Origin: Candidatus Gottesmanbacteria bacterium
GTDB taxonomy: Bacteria; Patescibacteriota; Microgenomatia; UBA10105; UBA927
Direction: 5' to 3'
Length of the DNA: 64,000 nt
NCBI GenBank assembly: GCA_903821745.1
Contig: CAIJMI010000005.1
Location: 263,802-327,801, forward strand
Shown: positions 39,035-48,806 of the stretch, piece by piece
Layout of the letters: each line of letters opens with the position of its first letter
How positions within the stretch are numbered: position 1 is the stretch's first letter
Notes under the pieces: generated by a model
Databases searched by the model: none
Seen by the model: only the letters and a program-made list of their open reading frames with translations
What the model was told of the DNA's origin: nothing
Position numbers and translations under genes: made by a program

Positions 39035-39334
39035 ATGAAACAATTTTTATCGGTATTCCTAGATGTTTCTCTTGCTCTTGTTCTCTGTATCGCTGCGTCT
39101 TTTTTCATTCCTTAGGGACAAATATCCTGGGGTACACTCTCCTGGCAACCAGCACGAACAATTACCGTTTCAGGGCAAGCAGTAAGTAAAGAAAAGAATC
39201 AGATAGCAACATTTAATGCAGGTGCAAATTCCGTCAAAGACAGCAAACAGGATGCGATCAACGAGGTAAACAGCAAAATACAATCAGTTATTGAAGCTGC
39301 GAAATCAGTCACCGTCATGTTTGAATTACACTAA
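39035..39334 (+). pseudogene. SIMPL/DUF541-like periplasmic protein remnant with in-frame TAG and 3' truncation
   Basis: ATG at 39035 with a GAGGT RBS and TTGACA at 38987. Signal peptide MKQFLSVFLDVSLALVLCIAASFFIP, then TAG at 39113-39115. The same frame continues for 72 codons (TITVSGQAVSKEKNQIATFNAGANSVKDSKQDAINEVNSKIQSVIEAAK), matching a DUF541 N-terminus, then stops at the 3' end of the convergent gene. Confidence 0.4.
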
Positions 39335-39343
39335 GACGATTAT

Positions 39344-40357
39344 TCAATAAAATCGTTTCAATAATATTGCCGCTTTTTCCTTTATCTTATCGGTTACGGC
39401 AACCCGCACCATACCAACGTTTGGTTGTCCGTAATACACAATCGATTTTATAGGTGCGTAAAGAATCACCGGCAACACTAATAAATCCTCTTCTCCATCA
39501 ATAACAAAAACAGATGGAGATTTCTTTTTTGACCATGAAATAATTGCATTTGTTGCATCGCGACTGATATATCCAGGACCGCTTTTGAATTCTTGTTTTG
39601 TCTTCGGCAGCTTGTTCCAATACTCTTTCTCCCACATATACGGAAGCCGTTCCACTTGCATATCGACAATTGCCAACGTGGGAACAAGTCCATTATCCAA
39701 AAGTCGCTTTGTTGTTTTGTCTCCAACGGCAATAACAATTGCATCATGATCACCTCGAATAATGGATTCTGTGTTGCCGTCTTTTAAGACAATTCCAAAC
39801 GGTTCTGCAAGTTCACTCCGCATGCTGTCCGGCATGATGAGTTTTCCTTCCGTATCAATTTCCTGTTTTCGGATGCGTGTTGATGAAATAGGCTGTGTGT
39901 TTTCAGCTTTCACCATCCAAACGGTATGGACCGCCAAAACAGGCAATCTCACTGCTTTTCGTTTTTTGTTAATCATCACCGCTCCCTCTTTTGTATCTGT
40001 TGAAACGACAATGACATCCATGGTATTTTTCCCAACGGTTGGCCCATACATGTCATCAATGGGAACAATATCGGCACGATTTAAAAAATGATGTTCCCGG
40101 AGCCATGTTTCTACTTGTTGTTTTCGAGTGGCAAATGATTGAATCCGAGAGGAAGAAACACAGGGGCATGCAACACCCGAAATGTTCTCATCACACTTGT
40201 ATTGCCGCACATACGCGTCCGTCGTCAATCCGATAGTTACGCGGGATGCAATTGCGAACGCCTCAGTAAGAAGGGCACCGTGTCCGCTATGGAGATGGTC
40301 GAAGGTCCCGCCAAGTACTGCGTGTTTGAACATACGGAGCATTATATACCTTTCCAT
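39344..40357 (-). CDS. Putative bifunctional CoA-biosynthesis protein: archaeal-type HxGH nucleotidyltransferase (phosphopantetheine adenylyltransferase-like) fused to a DUF359-like (archaeal GTP:dephospho-CoA kinase-like) domain
   Basis: N-terminal LGGTFDHLHSGH (the (H/T)xGH cytidylyltransferase-superfamily motif). C-terminal half has AIVIAVGDKTTKRL...LAIVDMQVERLP...VIDGEEDLLVLPVILYAPIKSIVYYGQPNVG, which resembles DUF359. Confidence 0.5.
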   Translation of the reverse strand: MERYIMLRMFKHAVLGGTFDHLHSGHGALLTEAFAIASRVTIGLTTDAYVRQYKCDENISGVACPCVSSSRIQSFATRKQQVETWLREHHFLNRADIVPIDDMYGPTVGKNTMDVIVVSTDTKEGAVMINKKRKAVRLPVLAVHTVWMVKAENTQPISSTRIRKQEIDTEGKLIMPDSMRSELAEPFGIVLKDGNTESIIRGDHDAIVIAVGDKTTKRLLDNGLVPTLAIVDMQVERLPYMWEKEYWNKLPKTKQEFKSGPGYISRDATNAIISWSKKKSPSVFVIDGEEDLLVLPVILYAPIKSIVYYGQPNVGMVRVAVTDKIKEKAAILLKRFY

Positions 40358-40413
40358 TATGTGCTTGAAATAGCGCGTATGAACGTCTTCTCGAACAAGT
40401 TCCTACTGAAGAA

Positions 40414-40803
40414 TTAGATTTTCCCAGCGTGATGCAGACCCCAATACAGTTTCTGTGCTTTCTCAGACAGATCAGTGAATTTTTTCCTGGAAACAGGCGC
40501 GTATTCCACTTTCACTGGACGCCCATCATACTCAGCTTCCCCAACGAGACTCACCATACCGTCCTGAACGATCCGAAGTCCACCGTCAAGCGTCTCTTCC
40601 GTCCTTGTTTGTGCATCTTCTAGCCTAAGCCGTTGTTCTTTGACGTATTCCATGACTTCGTCAAATGGTTTTGGGCCTCTTGATTTAGGTTCTTTTTTCT
40701 TTTTGGGACGGATTTCGTGATCTCCAGCATGCGGGTGCGTATGGAACTCCCCTTCTTTGGAGATAAATACTCCGCGTTGTCGTGCAAATTCAGGATTGTT
40801 CAT
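40414..40803 (-). CDS. Hypothetical protein
   Basis: 129 aa, basic and acidic, no motif recognised. Confidence 0.4.
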   Translation of the reverse strand: MNNPEFARQRGVFISKEGEFHTHPHAGDHEIRPKKKKEPKSRGPKPFDEVMEYVKEQRLRLEDAQTRTEETLDGGLRIVQDGMVSLVGEAEYDGRPVKVEYAPVSRKKFTDLSEKAQKLYWGLHHAGKI

Positions 40804-40841
40804 ATATCCTATATTATATATCTAGTAAGCAATTTTTCCTA

Positions 40842-42689
40842 TCATACTACCGGTTTTACAGCCGCAACAATGGCGTGAGTGTCAATCTGTTCATAAGACA
40901 GCAGTTCTTCCATCGTGCCTGACATCGGCGTTTTTCGAACTGCCAAATGCGTTATATTTTTCATTTCCATCCCTGCCAGAGCTGCAAAAACCGCATCGCC
41001 AAGGCCTCCTTCAGGGTAATGATCTTCAACAATAACAAAATGTGTTGCCGCTTTTGCAGCCTGTCGGATGGTCGTTTCGTCAATCGGTTTAATGCTGTAA
41101 CAATCAATCACTCGCGTTGATATATGTTTTGCTTCCAACAATTTTTGTGCTTTTAATGCTTCATGCACCGTCACCCCGGTTGCAATAATGACAACGAGAT
41201 TGCCGTGCCCCGTTTCTTTATGTATGACACTTCCACCAATCACAATTTTGGTTTTTTCGTCATACAAAATTGGTAATATTGGTCGCGTTGTACGGATATA
41301 GGCAATGCCCTGGTGTCGATTGATCAGTTCTGTCAGTTTCTCGGCAGCTACCGCATCTGCGGGGCTCACAACAAGAGAACCAGGGATAGTTCGAAAGAAC
41401 GCAATGTCCTCAAGTCCCATCTGTGACGGACCATCAGCCCCTGTTGCAACTCCGCCGTGCGATCCGTTCACCATCATGGGTATTCCTGACAACGCGACCA
41501 TTCGGAATTGGTCAGCAGCACGCATCAAAAATGCTCCATACGATGACACAACCGGATACAAACCCTGAATTACACACCCAGCTGCAATTCCAGTCATCAG
41601 TTGTTCTGCAATATGACATGCAAAAAATTGATGCGGGAGCGCTTCATGAAATAAATGGGTATATGTCGATGTTTCGAGGTCTCCATCCAATACCATCATC
41701 TGCTTATCCTGTGCTCCCAAACGAACGAGTGCTTTTCCAAATCCCTCCCGGGTGGTTGTCGGCGCTTCATACAACGACGTCTGTCCTTGAGAAAATGGGT
41801 GCTTTTTTAAAACGGGAGATGTACCACTTGGTTTTTTTATCATTCCTTCAAAAGACGTATCAACGTCTCCCAGTTCTTTCAGTGCTACCTCCAACTGTTG
41901 TTTGTTCAGCACTTTTCCGTGCCATCCCTGTTTATTTTCCAACAAGGAAACACCTTTTCCCTTACTCGTTTTTGCAATAATGACCGTTGGTCCACCACGA
42001 TAATCAAGCGCTTTCTGATACGCTGTATCAAGCATCTTCAAATCATGTCCGTCAACAACAAGTGCCGCCCATCCAAACGATTCAAAACGTTTTCTGTACG
42101 TTTCCGTATCCCACTGTTCCATCGTTGGTCCTGATTGTTCCAATGCATTCAAATCCACCAGTGCGATGAGATTGTTTGTCCGATGGTATCCTGCGGCCAT
42201 CACTGCCTCCCACACGGATCCTTCAGACAATTCTCCATCTCCCAATAACACGAAGACATGGGGAATCTGCGGTGTTGCTTCATAGCGAAACCGATACTGC
42301 ATCGCTAGTGCTTCGCCTAGTCCTATGGCAAGCCCCTGTCCAAGCGATCCCGTCGCAATATCCACCATGGAAAACCGCGGGGTCGGATGTCCTTCTAAAA
42401 TGCTGTCAAACTTCCGGTACGTGGCAAGTTCTTTATCAGAAATAATTCCCGCAACATGAAACAGTGCGTACAAAAGTGGCGAAGCGTGACCTTTGGAAAA
42501 AATAACGCGGTCATTGGTACATTGTTTTGGATTGGTCACATCAAACTGCAGATACTTAAAATACAGCGTCGCCATAAGCTCAACTGCAGAAAGCGATGAT
42601 GTGGGATGCCCGCTGCCAGCTATTGTTGTCATCGACAAAATGTCATATCGACAACGGGTACATAACTTTTTTATGGCAGGAAGAAGCAT
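40842..42689 (-). CDS. tkt: Transketolase (full length)
   Basis: N-terminal SGHPTSSLSAVELMATLYF...GHASPLLYA thiamine-diphosphate-binding region, GDG motif (VLLGDGELSEG), Pyr and C-terminal domains. 615 aa. Confidence 0.85.
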   Translation of the reverse strand: MLLPAIKKLCTRCRYDILSMTTIAGSGHPTSSLSAVELMATLYFKYLQFDVTNPKQCTNDRVIFSKGHASPLLYALFHVAGIISDKELATYRKFDSILEGHPTPRFSMVDIATGSLGQGLAIGLGEALAMQYRFRYEATPQIPHVFVLLGDGELSEGSVWEAVMAAGYHRTNNLIALVDLNALEQSGPTMEQWDTETYRKRFESFGWAALVVDGHDLKMLDTAYQKALDYRGGPTVIIAKTSKGKGVSLLENKQGWHGKVLNKQQLEVALKELGDVDTSFEGMIKKPSGTSPVLKKHPFSQGQTSLYEAPTTTREGFGKALVRLGAQDKQMMVLDGDLETSTYTHLFHEALPHQFFACHIAEQLMTGIAAGCVIQGLYPVVSSYGAFLMRAADQFRMVALSGIPMMVNGSHGGVATGADGPSQMGLEDIAFFRTIPGSLVVSPADAVAAEKLTELINRHQGIAYIRTTRPILPILYDEKTKIVIGGSVIHKETGHGNLVVIIATGVTVHEALKAQKLLEAKHISTRVIDCYSIKPIDETTIRQAAKAATHFVIVEDHYPEGGLGDAVFAALAGMEMKNITHLAVRKTPMSGTMEELLSYEQIDTHAIVAAVKPVV

Positions 42690-42730
42690 ATAAGGTTAGT
42701 ATAGCAAACAACGCGTTTTGCTGATATCGT

Positions 42731-43375
42731 TTATGCGTTTTGAAGGGCCTCAATTGCAGACTCGATTGTGTGTTCAGAATTAAACAGATAGCTGGTTGAA
42801 ACAATCCGTGAAACTCCCGCTTCTTTCACAATTTTTGCCGTTTCCGGTGTCATTCCACCATCTACTTCAATTGGCAAGTCCGGCAAATTGCGGTGAATTG
42901 TTTTAATGGTTTCCAGTGCGTTTTGTTCAAACTCCTGGCCGCTTGCCCCTGCTTCCACCGTCATCACTAATACAAAATCGACTTCCTCAAGAAACGGTTC
43001 GATCATTTCAAAATCAGAATCCACATCAATGGCCATGCCAACTTCCATTTCGTGCGTTCTTGCCTCAGCCAAAAATTCTCTCGGTTCATGGCATTCGACA
43101 TGCGCAATCACCCGGGAAAATCCTGCATCAGCAAGGGGTTTTAAATATGGCATAGGTTTCCCAACCATGAGATGTGCTTCAAACTTCGTTCCTGTCTTTC
43201 TAAACTTTTCAACAATGGGCGCAAGGAGTGCAACATCATGAACGGTGTCACTGGGGATAATGGTATTATCTGCAATATCAATCTGAATAACATCAACATG
43301 CGGTGCAACCAATGTCACTTTCCGTTCCAGTTCTTTAATATCGCCTTCGTTAATGCCGGGGATTATTTCCATCAT
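42731..43375 (-). CDS. rpe: Ribulose-phosphate 3-epimerase
   Basis: IIPGINEGD...HVDVIQIDIADNTIIPSDT...HLMV...VDGG pattern. ATG pair at 43370-43375; the track ORF starts at 43411. Confidence 0.8.
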   Translation of the reverse strand: MMEIIPGINEGDIKELERKVTLVAPHVDVIQIDIADNTIIPSDTVHDVALLAPIVEKFRKTGTKFEAHLMVGKPMPYLKPLADAGFSRVIAHVECHEPREFLAEARTHEMEVGMAIDVDSDFEMIEPFLEEVDFVLVMTVEAGASGQEFEQNALETIKTIHRNLPDLPIEVDGGMTPETAKIVKEAGVSRIVSTSYLFNSEHTIESAIEALQNA

Positions 43376-43421
43376 AGATATAAGTATCAGGGATAGGAGA
43401 GGCGCTTTCAAGAAGGAAAAA

Positions 43422-43871
43422 TTACTTTACCTGTTCTTGCGTCGTAATTTTTCCAATCCTTCGGACAAACCGCTCTTGAGGATCAAACGGCGTTACTAAA
43501 AATTTTTCAGCAATGGCCTTTGCCTGTTCTTCCGTTAAATAATCAGAAGCAAGGGCGATGACATTAATATCATCATCACTTCTTGCATCGGCAACTTGTT
43601 CCGGCGTCACCGCAAGCGATGCCCGGATGCCATCAATTTTGTTCACAGCAATAGATATTCCTGCTCCAGATCCACAGATCACAATACCGCGGTTTTCCGG
43701 CTGCTCCACCACTTTTTTGGCAACGGCAAAGGCAAAATCCGGATAATCATCATGGGGATCAAGAACCGTGTTCCCACAGTCAACAACGGTGTGCCCGTGT
43801 TCTGTCGCCCATTGCTTGAGCGTTTCCTTCAGGAAAAATCCTTTATGGTCAGCTCCGAAGAATATAGTCAT
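43422..43871 (-). CDS. rpiB: Ribose-5-phosphate isomerase B
   Basis: MTIFFGADHKGF...VICGSGAGISIAVNK is the LacAB_rpiB signature. Confidence 0.85.
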   Translation of the reverse strand: MTIFFGADHKGFFLKETLKQWATEHGHTVVDCGNTVLDPHDDYPDFAFAVAKKVVEQPENRGIVICGSGAGISIAVNKIDGIRASLAVTPEQVADARSDDDINVIALASDYLTEEQAKAIAEKFLVTPFDPQERFVRRIGKITTQEQVK

Positions 43872-43892
43872 ATGCTTTCAGTATACCTTGTA

Positions 43893-44237
43893 TTACCGAA
43901 TATTTTGAAGTGCAACGCCCAAGGTGTCATATTTCCCGTCGAGTGTCCGAAAGAGTTCATCATCAACCAATCCTCGTCCCCAGGCAACTGCCAAATGGGT
44001 TCTGACAATAGCAACGAGGCCAATTGCGTCCAGCAAAATCTGTCGTCCAAATCGACGGTCCAATCGTGACAAACCGTCAGCGATTTTTGCAGTAACATCG
44101 GTTGCACTGTCCAAAACCTGTTCGACAATTTCTTCATTGTCTCCGGATTTTTGGCCGTCGAATGCTTCATGGATATCCATGAGTGCAACATACGCGTCCT
44201 GCCACAATTTATGTTCATGAAAAGGTGTGTTGTTCAT
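43893..44237 (-). CDS. Four-helix-bundle protein (23S rRNA intervening-sequence protein family)
   Basis: 114 aa all-helical protein of the type frequently encoded in CPR genomes. Assigned from composition and pattern; medium confidence. Confidence 0.45.
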   Translation of the reverse strand: MNNTPFHEHKLWQDAYVALMDIHEAFDGQKSGDNEEIVEQVLDSATDVTAKIADGLSRLDRRFGRQILLDAIGLVAIVRTHLAVAWGRGLVDDELFRTLDGKYDTLGVALQNIR

Positions 44238-44283
44238 ATGCGTAGTCTGTATTCTATCCTACTTGCCGTCAAAAAACCATTCC

Positions 44284-45831
44284 CTACTGCTGCCCGGACT
44301 CCGTCATGGTATCCTGAACAAACTGAATGCCCCATTGATAAATGTTGTTTTTTGCAAGCACGGTTTTGAGATCATTATTCCGCTTTTCTTTCTCTTTGGA
44401 ATCCAGAGTCAGTGCGTGATAAAGTGCAATTGCTGATCCTTCAATATCGTAAGGGTTAATGAGCATTGCCGATTTCATATCCTTGGCTGCTCCCGTAAAT
44501 TTGGAAAGAAGGAGCATCCCCTTATCGGATTTGTTGCAAATTGCATATTCTTTTGCAACCAAATTCATACCGTCGTCAAGGGAGGTCACCATACAGACAT
44601 CTGCTAAATGATAGTACAAAAAGATCTTTTCCCGAGGAACAATTTTATTCACATATTGAATCGGCAACCACGTGCCTTTCCCGTATTTCCAGTTGATGCG
44701 TTCTACAAGATCATCAATCTCGTGGTTAATCGCCTTATAGGCAGGAATATGCACCCGCGAGGGTGCTCCAATCATAAGATACGTAAATTTGCCAATAAAC
44801 TCCGGGTACTTATCAAAAAACCGTTCAATAATTTTCAAGCGTTCCGGAATACCTTTGGTGTAATCAACCCGATCAACACCAATACCCAACAGGTCATATG
44901 TAAAATTGAAATCTTCCTCAATTAATTTTTTCGTCGGTTGTTTGTTCCCCATTTCTTCCATAATCTCGGTATAGTCAATGCCAGCCGGAACGTTGGCAAC
45001 TTTTGTCACATGGTCTTTATAGGTAATGGACCGAGGTTCTGAATCAACCATGACTTCCAAGTCTCGCCTTGTACATTCCACAAAATTATCAACATGATAC
45101 CCGCGATGAAAACCGATAAAGTCAGCGCCCAAAAGTCCTGCAACAATATCTTTCCGCCACGGACAAATACGATAAATTTCATATGTCGGCCATGGGATAT
45201 GCCAAAACACCCCAATCTTTAGCTTCGGCTTCATTCGCCTGAGCATCGTGGGTAGCAGTGCAAGATGATAATCATTGACCCACACAAATCCTTCATCTCC
45301 GTCAAGCTCTTCAACAATTGCATCGGCAAATTTCTGGTTAACCGCAACATAATCCTGCCACCAGGAGTTATGAAACATGGGTTTTACAAATACCGCATGG
45401 CATAGGGGCCATAAGGTCTGATTGGCAAACCCGTAATAGAATCCTTCCAGTTCCTTTTTCTTAATAAACACCCGTTTTAATGTGTATTTGGGATGTTCTG
45501 GCGGGACCTTTATGCGGTTTTTGCTGTCAACAACTTCCTGGTCTGCATCGCCTGAACCAAGGGCTACCATGACACCACCGGTTGCCTGCAAAATGCCGTC
45601 CAAGAGACTATGTGCACCTCCAGCTGCTTTTTCAACAACAATCCCCTGTGCAGTCTTCATATGGAGATACGCTTCCCGTTGAATCGCAACGATGAATTTT
45701 CTTCCTTCGAGAGATTCTTTGACAAATGAAGTTAAATCTTTTGGCGTTTTTAAGGCAGCCATAGTCGATTTGGAAACGGAATAATATCCATATTGTATCA
45801 CACGCTTGCTGGAAGTCTTCTTAATCGTCAT
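44284..45831 (-). CDS. otsA: Trehalose-6-phosphate synthase-like glycosyltransferase (GT20)
   Basis: GT20 motifs: VNDYHLALLPTMLR, GVFWHIPWPTYEIYRICPW, LWPLCH. 515 aa. Confidence 0.7.
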   Translation of the reverse strand: MTIKKTSSKRVIQYGYYSVSKSTMAALKTPKDLTSFVKESLEGRKFIVAIQREAYLHMKTAQGIVVEKAAGGAHSLLDGILQATGGVMVALGSGDADQEVVDSKNRIKVPPEHPKYTLKRVFIKKKELEGFYYGFANQTLWPLCHAVFVKPMFHNSWWQDYVAVNQKFADAIVEELDGDEGFVWVNDYHLALLPTMLRRMKPKLKIGVFWHIPWPTYEIYRICPWRKDIVAGLLGADFIGFHRGYHVDNFVECTRRDLEVMVDSEPRSITYKDHVTKVANVPAGIDYTEIMEEMGNKQPTKKLIEEDFNFTYDLLGIGVDRVDYTKGIPERLKIIERFFDKYPEFIGKFTYLMIGAPSRVHIPAYKAINHEIDDLVERINWKYGKGTWLPIQYVNKIVPREKIFLYYHLADVCMVTSLDDGMNLVAKEYAICNKSDKGMLLLSKFTGAAKDMKSAMLINPYDIEGSAIALYHALTLDSKEKEKRNNDLKTVLAKNNIYQWGIQFVQDTMTESGQQ

Positions 45832-45848
45832 AGGACAGGTTGATCAAA

Positions 45849-46958
45849 TTATCGAAACTTTTCTTCATATGCTTGTTCTAACCGTTTCACCAGTTCTTCT
45901 TCTCCATTAGACCATTGTAATTCCTGACACTGTTTCATGGTAGCAATAGCAACCTCATCAAATAAATAGGTGTGAATTGATGCCGCTATTTTTGATGTTG
46001 CTGTTGTTTTGGTATGTAAAATACATGCCCCGACATGGGCAAACGGCTTCACTTCCCCAATATGCAGTTCCGGATATTCATCATCCGGGTAAGTGGTCAC
46101 ATTGGCAATTACTGGAACGCGAGCTGACAGCGCCTGCTCCAAAGTGGCAAGTCCCTGATGTTGAAAAACCAAATCACTGGATGCAAGTGCTGCATAAAAT
46201 GCATCCATATTGGTTTTAGGAGGAAGAATGATGTCCGGTCGTTTCAAACTGTCCATATCAATTTTTGTGACATCACCAAAAAGAATGACACGAAGCTTCG
46301 GCTCCTGCAATTCATCAACAGCATGAAGCAAATTATCAAACACCCATGACCTGCTCCCAGCACCAAATCCTGATACGTAACAAAAAATCAATTTCTCATC
46401 ATGAAATAATCCAAATGATTCCCGTATCTTTTTCTTCCCCTCTTTTGAAATCGGTTGATATGCTGGGATACACCCAACGGGTTCCAACCGATCTGCGATA
46501 CCTTTTGGTATATCAAACGTTCCACCGCGTTCAAGAAGTCCTGCTTTAAATACGGAAGGAGGCAAATTAATATAATACCGATCCATCCAGCGGTTATATG
46601 GATACATCGCGGACGTTGGCAAAAATAACCAGTTGGAATCAACGCTCACCACTAATTTATCAGGAAACAAGGAAGATGGTGCATTCCAAAATGCGGGATC
46701 ATCCCGAAATGCTTTTGAGTTACAAAGAATAATCACTTCCGGTTTGTATTCCCCAACATATTGTTTGAAAAGGTCCACCGTTGCACCCATCCGTACGGGA
46801 AATGGTGGTGTACTATCCGCAAAAAACCCTCGGGTAACATCTTTTTTTAAAATCAGGGTAACGGTTTTTCCTAATCCATGAAGATAATTGGCAATAGCGT
46901 AGGCCTGACTCGTCTCGCCAGATGCCATGGCAAACAATAAAAATCGTTGGGCAGTCAT
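45849..46958 (-). CDS. Hypothetical GT-B-like glycosyltransferase-family protein
   Basis: FAMASGETSQAYAIANYL resembles a GT-B N-terminal nucleotide-sugar acceptor-domain start. The rest was not confidently recognised. Confidence 0.35.
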   Translation of the reverse strand: MTAQRFLLFAMASGETSQAYAIANYLHGLGKTVTLILKKDVTRGFFADSTPPFPVRMGATVDLFKQYVGEYKPEVIILCNSKAFRDDPAFWNAPSSLFPDKLVVSVDSNWLFLPTSAMYPYNRWMDRYYINLPPSVFKAGLLERGGTFDIPKGIADRLEPVGCIPAYQPISKEGKKKIRESFGLFHDEKLIFCYVSGFGAGSRSWVFDNLLHAVDELQEPKLRVILFGDVTKIDMDSLKRPDIILPPKTNMDAFYAALASSDLVFQHQGLATLEQALSARVPVIANVTTYPDDEYPELHIGEVKPFAHVGACILHTKTTATSKIAASIHTYLFDEVAIATMKQCQELQWSNGEEELVKRLEQAYEEKFR

Positions 46959-46967
46959 ATACTACGT

Positions 46968-47696
46968 TTATTTTCGAAACAACCGTTCTATACAGACACT
47001 AACCACAAATGCGATAAGTCGGGTTTGTCGTTTCAACCGCCACGGCTCGCGAATCAACCGGTAGAGCCATTCCAGTCCCATATCCTGAATCCACCCTGGC
47101 GCCCGGGGAACATTGCCTGAAATAATATCAAATGATCCCCCAACAGACATCAATACCACATGGTGGCATTTCTTTCGAAGCGACTCAATATATTGTTCCT
47201 GTTTTGGTGCACCGAGACCGACAAATACTATTTTTGTATTGCTGTTTTCAATATGTGTCGCCATCTTTTCAATGCTCATGTCTTCCGGTTCCATCGCCCA
47301 CCCGGATAGCTCTTCATAGGAAGAACGCAAGACCGCAAGAGCTTTTTTTGCAACGCCATTTCGTCCGCCAATACACCCAATCGTCATGTGGTGTTTGTGG
47401 GCAAGATGCACAAAATCCGAGACAAAATCAACACCTGAGATACGATGCACCGTTACCCCATTGACAAACCGCATTGCCCACACAAGCCCTGCTCCGTCAG
47501 GAATGGCAATATTCGCATGATTGAGAATGGTCAAAAACGTACTTTGCTGTCTTGAAAGCATGATCTGTTCCGGATTTGGCGTGACAATAATAAACGGCGT
47601 CTTTGATGATTTTTCCAGGAGATACTGCTCAATAGTGTGAAGAATATCTTCTTTGCTATCAATCGTGATACTGACTCCCAACAACGGTTTTTTCAT
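46968..47696 (-). CDS. WecB/TagA/CpsF-family glycosyltransferase (GT26)
   Basis: IVTPNPEQIMLSRQ...IAIPDGAGLVWA are the family signature blocks. Confidence 0.7.
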   Translation of the reverse strand: MKKPLLGVSITIDSKEDILHTIEQYLLEKSSKTPFIIVTPNPEQIMLSRQQSTFLTILNHANIAIPDGAGLVWAMRFVNGVTVHRISGVDFVSDFVHLAHKHHMTIGCIGGRNGVAKKALAVLRSSYEELSGWAMEPEDMSIEKMATHIENSNTKIVFVGLGAPKQEQYIESLRKKCHHVVLMSVGGSFDIISGNVPRAPGWIQDMGLEWLYRLIREPWRLKRQTRLIAFVVSVCIERLFRK

Positions 47697-47701
47697 ACGC
47701 G

Positions 47702-48712
47702 TTATTTTTTGCTGACACTGCGTTTGTATAGCTCAATATTTTCAAGCGCTACTCCCGTTCCTCGAACAACACATAACAGTGGATCATCGGCAACATGACA
47801 GACAACTCCCGTCATTTGCGTCATCAGTTTATCCAGATTTCGAAGGGTACTGGTGCCACCTGCCATAATGATGCCTTTATCAATAATGTCAGCTGCAAGC
47901 TCCGGTGGGGTTTCTTCCAACACATGCTTCACTGCACCAATAATCTGATGAAGAACCGGCATAATAGCAGTCACACATTCAGCACTGGTTAAGGTAATCA
48001 TCCGCGGCATACCGGACACGGCATCACGGCCCCGTACTTCCATACTCCGCGGTTCTTCTTCAACGGCAGTGGCAATCGTCATTTTAATCGTTTCTGCCAT
48101 GCGTTCCCCGATAATTAAGTTGTAGGTTTTTTTAACATACAGTGCAATTGCCTCATCAATCTTGTTTCCGGCAACCCGTGCACTTTTATGAACCACCACA
48201 CCACCAAGAGAGATAACCGCTGCTTCCGTGGATCCGCCACCGATATCAACAATCATATGTCCTGAGGCCTGGGCAATCGGAATTTTTGCACCAATTGCTG
48301 ATGCAAGCGGTTCTTCAATGATGTAGACCGTTTTTGCACCAGCGGATAATGTGGCGTCCATGACAGCACGGCGTTCGACTTGTGTGCATCCGGTAGGAAC
48401 ACAAATCATGACTTCGGGTTTTGAAAATCGGTTCTTCCCGACCGTCCGGTCGATAAAATAGGCAAGCATAGCCTCGGTAATCCGATAATCCGCAATCACC
48501 CCATCTCGCATTGGGCGGGTGGCAACAATATTTCCAGGGGTTCGCCCCAGCATGTCTTTGGCTTCATTCCCAACAGCAACAACACGGCTGTCATCTGCGG
48601 TTACGGCTACAACGGTAGGCTCGTTGAGGACCACACCCTCACCCGCAAGCCAGACCAAACTATTGGCAGTTCCAAGATCAATCCCGATGCGTTTTGACGT
48701 AAACATTCCCAT
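47702..48712 (-). CDS. MreB-like actin homolog (second paralog)
   Basis: IGIDLGTANSLVWL and the MreB-wide motifs. 336 aa. Confidence 0.85.
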   Translation of the reverse strand: MGMFTSKRIGIDLGTANSLVWLAGEGVVLNEPTVVAVTADDSRVVAVGNEAKDMLGRTPGNIVATRPMRDGVIADYRITEAMLAYFIDRTVGKNRFSKPEVMICVPTGCTQVERRAVMDATLSAGAKTVYIIEEPLASAIGAKIPIAQASGHMIVDIGGGSTEAAVISLGGVVVHKSARVAGNKIDEAIALYVKKTYNLIIGERMAETIKMTIATAVEEEPRSMEVRGRDAVSGMPRMITLTSAECVTAIMPVLHQIIGAVKHVLEETPPELAADIIDKGIIMAGGTSTLRNLDKLMTQMTGVVCHVADDPLLCVVRGTGVALENIELYKRSVSKK

Positions 48713-48806
48713 AACGGTTTTTTACCAAAAATACGCTCTCACGCGCGTATGTTCATTCTACCATACTTTTTGGTGTATAATACGGCCTACAGATACATTT
48801 TTTCCT

